A stretch of 64,000 bases of DNA from Dehalococcoidia bacterium. Its GTDB lineage: Bacteria; Chloroflexota; Dehalococcoidia; Bin125. Below are positions 57,142-64,000 of this stretch, piece by piece; within the stretch, counting starts at the first letter, position 1, and each line of letters opens with the position of its first letter. The notes under the pieces were generated by a model. The model saw nothing but the letters and a program-made list of their open reading frames with translations. It ran no database searches and was not told the origin of the DNA. The stretch spans positions 32,001 through 96,000 of the forward strand of contig CAXXRD010000001.1 of the NCBI GenBank assembly GCA_963663895.2, given 5' to 3'. Position numbers and translations under genes: made by a program.

Positions 57142-59361
57142 ATGCGCCGGTTGCTGATCTTGGCCGTTGTCGTGCTGATCGGGATCATGGCCACGGTGCC
57201 GCGCCTGCATGCGGAGGAGCCTAGAACCATCGCCGTGGAAGCGGGCGGGCAGATGGTCCTAGCGGACTTCACGACGACGGCCGCGGAGACGTTCACCACG
57301 GTCACGTCGGTGTCGCTCTGGGATGGCGAGGCCTGGAGCCTCGTCTACCGTCCCAGCACGGGAAGCACGGATTTTCCGATCAAGCCCGGGAGCTGGCTCT
57401 GGATCGTCTCGCCGGAGGCGCAAACGATTACGATCGCGGCCCCGCCCCCACCGCCGGGCCCGAGCCCTGGTGGCGCCCCGGAAGCGACAGCCGAATCCTG
57501 TGCCTTCGTCGATGGGGCGGCGCATGTCGCCGCCTCCACCGCGCAGGTGCTGACGCCGTACGGCACGGGAACGGCCTTCTACATCGGCACCGACGAGTGG
57601 CTGACCGCCGCCCACGTGGTCGCGGACGGGGGCCGGATTCGGCTGCGGACGGAGACGCGCGAGCTAGCGGCAACGGTCATTGGCCGCGACGACGCGGCGG
57701 ATCTCGCCTTGCTGCGGACCTCAGGCGCGGGCTTCATGCCGCTCGAGTTTGCCGACTACGACGCGCTGCGCCTTGGAGAGACGCTGGGAGCGGCAGGCTA
57801 CCCCATTCTCGTCACCGGTTCTGCCTCAGTGTCGGACGGCCTGCTCTCGAAGTTCGTGACCTACGACGGGATCGCGTACATCCAGACCAACGCCGAGATC
57901 AGTCCCGGCAACAGCGGCGGGCCGCTCTTCACCACCTGCGGCACGATCGTCGGCGTCAACGTGTGGAAGGTTGCTCACGTGCACACGGAGGGGATCAGCT
58001 TCGCCGTGACGATCCCAACGATCGAGACGCGGCTGCCGCGCTTGCGAGCAGGGGTGGGCCGGGGCAGCACACGCCCGGTGCCGAACGAATTGAAGTCCCT
58101 AGAGATTAGCGCGTTCTGTAGCCCACAACGGGATGAAGCTGGCGAATGGCAGGACTTCGAAACTGCTGCTGACTGCCAAATGGCAGGAGCAAGCAGCCTA
58201 CAGGTGGGCTGGGGTTGGCGTTGGAATATCTGGGCGAGAGGGGTCGAGGTGTGGGAAAATGTCGTCTATCGCGTCGACGGTGGCTCACCCGTCCCTAGGG
58301 ACGGCCTCACGAACGTGCTGAGCAGCCTGTCTCCCGGCGCACACAATATCGAAGCCAACGAGCAGCGTGGGGAGCAATGGACAGGCTGGAGCGCGCCCTA
58401 TCCGTTCACGATCGTGCGGGAGCTAGAGATCATTGCCATCTGCAACTACATCCCGGTGGAAGGGTCCTCGCGGTTCAGGCCTCCTACCACAGCCAGTGAG
58501 TGCCAGACCACAAGTGGAGCGGGTTTGCATGCGGGCGAGCTGCAGTATGAGTGGGTACGAGGAACAGTATCATCTCAGAACGTTGTTTTTCGTGTTGACG
58601 GCGGATCACCCGTTGGTTGGATAGATTTCGGACTCGATCTGTTGACTAGCCTTCCTTCTGGCCGCTACACGGTGCAAGTACGGGAGCAGCATCCGTGGGG
58701 TCAGACCGAGTGGAGCGCGCCCTACGAATTCACGCTCATTGGTCGGGAGCCAGAGATCACCGCGATCTGCAATAGCACCTGGGATGATGCCTCCGGTCAG
58801 TACGTGCCCTACGAAACAGCGGAAGAGTGCCATGCGGCCGGACTCAACGGAGTTGCTTTTGTCGGCGAGCGCTGGCACTGGTGGGGGCGGAACTTCAGCG
58901 AGTGGGAAGACCTCCAGCTAGGCATTGATGGAGGAGCTGTATTCAACGAAGCCGATGCAGCGGTTCATTTCAGACGTCTCGCCCCTGGGCAGCACTACCT
59001 TCACATCCGGGAACGGCTTGCAAACGGTGAGTGGACCGATTGGGGAGAGCCCTACTATTTCACGGTCAAGATCGTGCTGCGGGTGGCGATCTGTGATAAC
59101 GGCCCCGACTCGTTCTGGGATTGCTGGGCGGATGGGCGCGCTGGCATCCGCCGTGGCGCATGGGGCATTACCGCCTGGGGGAGTGTCTTGAATTACGATC
59201 AGGCCCGCTACAGCGTCAACGGTGGCGAAGCCGCGACGGGGAACACGATGAGAGCCATCGTTCGCAACCTGCCGCAGGGCACCCACACGATCCGCGTCGG
59301 CGAATTTCGCTCCTGGGGCTGGACCGGCTGGTCGCCGCCGTTCACCTTCACGATCCGGTGA
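57142..59361 (+). CDS. Secreted trypsin-like serine protease with four C-terminal repeat domains
   Basis: Signal peptide MRRLLILAVV...LHA; triad TAAH / DLALL / GNSGG; four ~105-aa repeats. Confidence 0.88.
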   Translation: MRRLLILAVVVLIGIMATVPRLHAEEPRTIAVEAGGQMVLADFTTTAAETFTTVTSVSLWDGEAWSLVYRPSTGSTDFPIKPGSWLWIVSPEAQTITIAAPPPPPGPSPGGAPEATAESCAFVDGAAHVAASTAQVLTPYGTGTAFYIGTDEWLTAAHVVADGGRIRLRTETRELAATVIGRDDAADLALLRTSGAGFMPLEFADYDALRLGETLGAAGYPILVTGSASVSDGLLSKFVTYDGIAYIQTNAEISPGNSGGPLFTTCGTIVGVNVWKVAHVHTEGISFAVTIPTIETRLPRLRAGVGRGSTRPVPNELKSLEISAFCSPQRDEAGEWQDFETAADCQMAGASSLQVGWGWRWNIWARGVEVWENVVYRVDGGSPVPRDGLTNVLSSLSPGAHNIEANEQRGEQWTGWSAPYPFTIVRELEIIAICNYIPVEGSSRFRPPTTASECQTTSGAGLHAGELQYEWVRGTVSSQNVVFRVDGGSPVGWIDFGLDLLTSLPSGRYTVQVREQHPWGQTEWSAPYEFTLIGREPEITAICNSTWDDASGQYVPYETAEECHAAGLNGVAFVGERWHWWGRNFSEWEDLQLGIDGGAVFNEADAAVHFRRLAPGQHYLHIRERLANGEWTDWGEPYYFTVKIVLRVAICDNGPDSFWDCWADGRAGIRRGAWGITAWGSVLNYDQARYSVNGGEAATGNTMRAIVRNLPQGTHTIRVGEFRSWGWTGWSPPFTFTIR
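58099..59358 (+). repeat. Four tandem diverged ~100-110-codon repeats in the protease C-terminus
   Basis: Units start at about 58099, 58423, 58750 and 59071; shared EIxAxC...TAxxC...(V/I)(D/N)GG...LxxGxH/Y...WSxPYxFT. Confidence 0.85.
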
Positions 59362-59499
59362 GGGCGCTGATAGCGAGCTAGGGCAACAGTCGGCATTGCC
59401 GCCTGCGCTCGATCGGCGGCTAGAGGTAGCGCAGGGCTTCAGCGGCGCCATGGAGCCGGAGGTTCTCGCCACATGACGGAGGGAAGCCGCTAGCCGCAC

Positions 59500-59812
59500 T
59501 GGACGATTCCCGCCGTCCGCATAAATCGCGAGCGCGATCACCGCGTGCCGCTCTCGGCCCGCGCGATGGAGATTCTGCAGGAAGCGGGAGAGCGGGCGGG
59601 CGGCTCGGCGTTCGTACCCCGGCGTGCGCGGCGACGCGCTATCGCGCAGGCTCAAGCGGCTCAACGCGGGCGCAGTCCCGCGTGAAGTTGCCGAAGCCAC
59701 GCTAGCGCACAAGGAATCGAACAAGGCGATCGCTGCTTACGACCGCTCCGACTACCTAGACCAGCACCGCAAGCCGATGGCGGACTGGGCCGGATACTTG
59801 CAAGGTAATTAA
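59500..59812 (+). pseudogene. Remnant of a P4-like tyrosine integrase
   Basis: WTIPAVR...HRVPLSARAMEIL and REVAEATLAH...AAYDRSDYL...MADWAGYL; N-terminus and HxxR box missing. Confidence 0.85.
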
Positions 59813-60113
59813 AGACTCTCTCTTTTGGAGAGCTTGTGAGAAAGGCCCAACGGGAGGGCAATTGACCAGATATTGTGTATTATGGATTTTTCAATGCACA
59901 TTTCCTTGCGTTTTGATAGCCGTTATGGTGACATTTTCTCCTGTCGCCTTCACGAGTCAGTCGTGCAGGCGGTCAGCGAAGAACGCACGGCCATCGACCT
60001 CATAGAGCGGTCGGACAGCGGCACTTTCTATCGTGGCAGCCCGATTCAGGTCACGGTCCCGGTCAAAGTCACGGTGCCTGTGGGCCAATAGATCATACCA
60101 TGAAAGGGACAGT

Positions 60114-60416
60114 ATGGACACTCAGATCTGCTCGGCCATCGAGAATCGCCAGGTACTAGCATTCAACTACGATGGTTACCCCCGCGTAGTTGAGCCTCAT
60201 GCTTATGGCCTGTCGAAAACCGGCAAGGATATGCTCCGAGCTTACCAAGTAGCAGGGGAGAGCAAGAGCGACCCAACGCTTGGCTGGCGCCCCTTCTTAG
60301 TCAAAAAGATCAAGAATCTCACGATTCTCGATCAAACATTCACAGGTACCAGGCCCCTGTATAACCCGGAGGACAAGAGTATGGTTCGGGTGTATTGCTG
60401 CCTGCCCCTCAACTAG
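60114..60416 (+). CDS. Stand-alone WYL-domain protein
   Basis: AIENRQVLAFNYDGYPRVVEPHAYG...LRAYQ...GWRPFLVKKI; SD AAAGGG. Confidence 0.8.
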   Translation: MDTQICSAIENRQVLAFNYDGYPRVVEPHAYGLSKTGKDMLRAYQVAGESKSDPTLGWRPFLVKKIKNLTILDQTFTGTRPLYNPEDKSMVRVYCCLPLN

Positions 60417-60757
60417 AGTGGCGGACTACCTCAGAACTGACTGAACCAGGACGCGGGCTGCCCGGCAGCAAAGCGGGCGCTGAGAATCGCCGCAAGGATC
60501 AGCCGCTCGAATCCTCGAAGGACCGGCGCGGACTCGGATACCAGGACGTTCGCGCGGTACTGGTAGTCGCCTGTCAGCCAAATCCTCGCCCACCAGTAGC
60601 GCTAAGAATTAAGCGGATTCTGCCTCCTCAGGTGCCACCCAATCGCCCCTTCTGCGCGCAGTAGGCTCCTGCCACCTCAAGAAAAAACGCCACGGAGAAC
60701 ACGTCCACGGTGCCCCAGTACGACCAGGCTGAGATTGCGGTTTCGGGTTCCAACGTC

Positions 60758-61480
60758 CTACTGTGCCCTACGGGATGAAATGGATTGATTCATGCGGATC
60801 AAAGTCTCCGTGGTTTCCGTTGTTAGTTGTTGACCCCGATGAATCCATTTTTCGTCGAAATGGTTAAAGACCTCTTGAACATCCGCCACAGGACTTAATA
60901 GCATCTGGGCTATCATGATCAAGAAATAGAGATTCGTATCCAAATCAACGAGCGAAAAATAGCTCCCGGCGTGGAAGTAAGTGTTCCCACCTTCCGCGTG
61001 AATCAGCCATCGAAGACCAGTACTTCTCGGGTGGGCGAACTTACTGAGGGTTTCATATGCCTCCTGGCCAACCCTACCCGACTCCCCCAATTCATCAAAC
61101 ATAGCCTTGAACTTAGGTGCGTAATCGGTCGGTTGTTCATATTCTTCATATATATCCCATAGCCAGCGGTTTTCGTCGTCGGGGTGCTTATCCACCCAAC
61201 CGAGCGTTGCCCAGTCTTCCAAGGCACATCGGCAGAGAGCCATGGCTTGTACCGGATATCCAGTAACGGCAGCCTCTCTACCCATCCACATATTGTTGAA
61301 CGCTTCGGTGAGCAAAAGAATCTTAAGGAAGTTGACACCTTCATCGTGACGCTTTCCGCTCAAGTCTGCGGTACCGTCGTTACCGTGTACCAACAATGCA
61401 TCAAGTAGACGGAATTCCTTTTCTCTCTGGGTTAGCGATTGGCGACGGCTTTGTTCAGCTATTTCTTGAAGACTTGGCAT
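60758..61480 (-). CDS. Hypothetical helical protein, DUF5677-like
   Basis: AMALCRCALE...AYETLSKFAHP motif spacing; AT-rich; SD AGGAG. Confidence 0.65.
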   Translation of the reverse strand: MPSLQEIAEQSRRQSLTQREKEFRLLDALLVHGNDGTADLSGKRHDEGVNFLKILLLTEAFNNMWMGREAAVTGYPVQAMALCRCALEDWATLGWVDKHPDDENRWLWDIYEEYEQPTDYAPKFKAMFDELGESGRVGQEAYETLSKFAHPRSTGLRWLIHAEGGNTYFHAGSYFSLVDLDTNLYFLIMIAQMLLSPVADVQEVFNHFDEKWIHRGQQLTTETTETLIRMNQSISSRRAQ

Positions 61481-61510
61481 CTTTACTCCTAGAACCTGTT
61501 GCCGGACGGC

Positions 61511-61603
61511 CTAGGCAGACTCCCTTACCGACCCGGCCTCCGGCCGCTCCGTAATCCACCGCTCGATATCGCTCTCAGACCACGCAACGGTGCGCTGCCG
61601 AAG
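61511..61603 (-). pseudogene. C-terminal remnant of an AlpA-family excisionase/regulator
   Basis: Manual translation LRQRTVAWSESDIERWITERPEA matches the AlpA C-terminal pattern; in-frame stop upstream. Confidence 0.65.
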
Positions 61604-61964
61604 TCAGTAGAAGAACCGCTTTCGATCTCCATGATCTGCCCGGCTACCATCCACTGGTCCCATCGCCTTTCTGCGCCAGTACCGGCAGTCACTTGCACGA
61701 AACCGGAAGAGCTACAGGCGCCGGTAAACACCTCCTCAAAGTCGGGGAAGGTACAGCGATAGGGAGGCGGGAGTAGTGGGGAAGTAGATTCGGGGGCTGC
61801 CAGGTCGGCGTCCAGGCTGGAAGAGTGACTCTGCAAAACGACGCCCCACGTTACGAGCACTTCCTCAGCGCAGCCGGGCATGCGACATCCGAACGGACCC
61901 CATCGTCCGCACGTAAACGACTGAGAGGGGACTGACAGCCTAGAGCGTCCCTGGCCTGGCAGGC

Positions 61965-63401
61965 TCAGGCGTTGGCTGCTTCCATCTCGCGGTCGAGCAA
62001 CGGCACCGTGACGTCCATGTCGCCCGCCGTTTTGCCATTCGACCAGGGGCTGCCCGTCCCGGCGAGCAGTTCGCGCAGCTCCGCGTCATAGAAGAACTCG
62101 GACTCGCCGAAGGCCGGCGTCAACTCGTCGAGCCAGGTGGCTTTCGGATCGTACTTGGCAAAGAAGGGCCGAGCCACCCAATCCGGATTGCGGCCTTGGA
62201 GCATGCGCAGCACGAAGACCCGCTCCCCGGCAGCCTCGGCAACCCCGAGGACCTGCACCTTGCCCGGCGTCGCGGACATACTGGGACCACGCACGGTCCG
62301 GGCAACCCCGCTGACCTGCTTGTAGGCGTCGCGGAACAGCTCCCAGCAGCGCTCGAGCGGAAGCTCGAAATAGCGCTTGGCGCCCGTATCACGCGCGACG
62401 AAGAGGTAGTAGGGGATGCAGCCAAGCTGCGCCTGGCGCCGCCACATGCGCGCCAGCACGTCGGCGTCGTCATTAATGTGACCGAGCAACGGCGTCTGCG
62501 TGCGGATCTGGACGCCGATGCTGCGGAGCCGCTGGATCGCTTCCTGCGTGACCGCCGGCTCCAACTCCACCGCGTGGTTGAAGTGCGCCATCAGCGCCAC
62601 CTGCCGGCCCGATTGCACCACGCGCTCCAAGAGCTCAAGCAGCTCGTCGGCGTCGTTGTCCGAGATGAAGCGCTGGGGCCAGTAGCTCGGCGCCTTGGAG
62701 CCGATCCGCACCGTGCGCAGATTGGGAGCGACGTCCGGCTCAATGAGCGGCTCGATGTAGGCCCGGAGGACACGGGTCTTCATGATCAGCGGATCGCCCC
62801 CGGTAAAGAGCACGTCGCTGATCTCGGGATGGGCCTCCACGTAGGCTTTGAGCTGGTCCGCCTCCCGCATGGCGAACTTCAGGCCGTCCATGCCGACGAA
62901 CTGGGGCCAGCGGAAGCAGAAGCTGCAATAAGCGTGGCAGGTCTGCCCTTGGCTGGGAAAGAAGAGCACCGTCTCGCGGTACTTGTGCTGCATCCCGGGA
63001 AGGGGCTTTCCGTTCAGCTGCGGCACGTTGTGCTCCATCTGCCCGGCGGGGTGCGGATTTAAGGTGAGACGAATCTCGTTGGCCGCAGCCGAGATCTCGT
63101 CCGTGGGCGCGTCCGCGTCGAGGAGCCGCTCGATGCGGGCGTAGTTCTCCGGAGAGATCATGTCGCGCTGAGGGAAAGTGAGCCGGTAGATGGGATCTTC
63201 CGGCACGTTGTCCCAGTTGATCAGCTGATCAACGACGAAACGATTCGATTTGAAGGGCAGGACTCGCGCCACCACTTCGATATCGCGGTGGAGATCCGAG
63301 GGCAGGGCCTGGACCTGCGGGATGGAGCGCCAGTTCTTGAGGGTGATCGCCTCGTAGCGCTCGCTTGTCTCGGCCGATGGTCGTACAGGTGCTGTCGTCA
63401 C
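61965..63401 (-). CDS. KamA-like radical SAM aminomutase-family protein
   Basis: GMQHKYRETVL, CHAYCSFCFR (CxxxCxxC), DVLFTGGDPL, AHFNH. Confidence 0.88.
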   Translation of the reverse strand: MTTAPVRPSAETSERYEAITLKNWRSIPQVQALPSDLHRDIEVVARVLPFKSNRFVVDQLINWDNVPEDPIYRLTFPQRDMISPENYARIERLLDADAPTDEISAAANEIRLTLNPHPAGQMEHNVPQLNGKPLPGMQHKYRETVLFFPSQGQTCHAYCSFCFRWPQFVGMDGLKFAMREADQLKAYVEAHPEISDVLFTGGDPLIMKTRVLRAYIEPLIEPDVAPNLRTVRIGSKAPSYWPQRFISDNDADELLELLERVVQSGRQVALMAHFNHAVELEPAVTQEAIQRLRSIGVQIRTQTPLLGHINDDADVLARMWRRQAQLGCIPYYLFVARDTGAKRYFELPLERCWELFRDAYKQVSGVARTVRGPSMSATPGKVQVLGVAEAAGERVFVLRMLQGRNPDWVARPFFAKYDPKATWLDELTPAFGESEFFYDAELRELLAGTGSPWSNGKTAGDMDVTVPLLDREMEAANA

Positions 63402-63686
63402 GGAAGGCCCCTTTCCCGCCCACGCTTCGCTCTGAAGCAGGACAACCCAGGAGCGGAGAAACGGAGTCCGGCCCAAGATCCGGATTCGTCTGCGCTGTCA
63501 GTTGCCGGATTCGGCATCAGAGCTGTTAGCCATGGTCCACGGCTTGACTCCGAAGCGCGAGCCCCCGCCCCTGTGCGCCCAAGGAAGCACGCAGGAAATT
63601 AAGGCTACCAGAAAGATGCCGTTCTCGCTCTTTTCCGGCCGTACCGGCGATGATCGCGTCCCGCTTCTGACCAGGCGCACGCTCGT

Positions 63687-64000
63687 TCAGGGCTGCGGCA
63701 GCACCGCCCGGAAGGCATCCGTATCGACGTACTCGCGCGCCCGCGCGACCTTGCCGTCGCGTACCTCGAAAACCTGCACGTAATCCGTCTCCACCGTCTT
63801 GCCGTTGGCCTTCACACGACCACGGGCCGACCCCAGGCTCACGACCGTGGATCCTCGTTCCAGGTACGTGTGCCGCGTCACGCGCTGAAACTCGATCACC
63901 GCGAGGAGGTCGGTGAGGTAGTCGACCATGCCCTGCCCTCCCTGTCGCAGCTGACCGATCGGGAACTCGCTCAAGCCGATCATGTGCCAGCTAAAGTCGG
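63687..64000 (-). CDS. SnoaL/NTF2-like protein (5' end outside the window)
   Basis: TVVSLG...VETDYVQVFEVRDGKVARAREYVDT. Confidence 0.8.
   Translation of the reverse strand, partial: DFSWHMIGLSEFPIGQLRQGGQGMVDYLTDLLAVIEFQRVTRHTYLERGSTVVSLGSARGRVKANGKTVETDYVQVFEVRDGKVARAREYVDTDAFRAVLPQP

Larger units (their letters stand above)
59500..61603. mobile_element. Decayed integrative element downstream of tRNA-Leu(TAA)
   Basis: Integrase and AlpA remnants flank AT-rich cargo; no att duplication found. Confidence 0.6.

Noticed and set aside
58099-59361. Protease repeats as a diversity-generating retroelement target or CRISPR-like array
   Set aside because: Repeats are coding and highly diverged; no near-identical template repeat, reverse transcriptase or cas gene in the window.
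57000-61960. attL/attR duplication of the tRNA-Leu(TAA) 3' end
   Set aside because: No second copy found by eye, so island boundaries remain undefined.

Overview
GC-rich bacterial chromosome segment. The 16S rRNA and the protein set look most like Chloroflexota, class Dehalococcoidia (pattern recognition, not a database hit). Positions ~1-43 kb are core genome: hppA, a translin-like gene, rnhB, ftsH, rplU-rpmA-rpmE, hisHAFI, ligA, mreBCD-mrdA-rodA, clpC, rpsA, an rRNA locus, tilS, a methylmalonyl-CoA mutase cluster, ffh-rpsP-khpA-rimM, gap, eno, xerD and uvrC. Positions ~43-64 kb are tRNA-rich (14 tRNA genes in the whole window) and carry accessory genes: a Zur/Fur-box-preceded metal ABC transporter, haloalkane dehalogenase, hydantoinase B, a stand-alone HNH nuclease, a repeat-containing serine protease, a decayed integrative element and a KamA-like radical SAM enzyme. 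Most notable observations: (1) an rRNA operon ordered 16S-tRNA(Ile)-tRNA(Ala)-5S with no 23S gene; (2) a zinc solute-binding lipoprotein with an entire AztD-like chaperone domain inserted in its His-rich loop; (3) a secreted trypsin-like protease with four copies of an unrecognised Cys-pair/Trp-rich ~105-aa domain; (4) a degraded integrase/AlpA element retaining a stand-alone WYL gene and a DUF5677-like gene; (5) a tRNA-Arg with a GCG anticodon. Several frameshifts in the first 6 kb look like sequencing or assembly indels rather than real pseudogenes.
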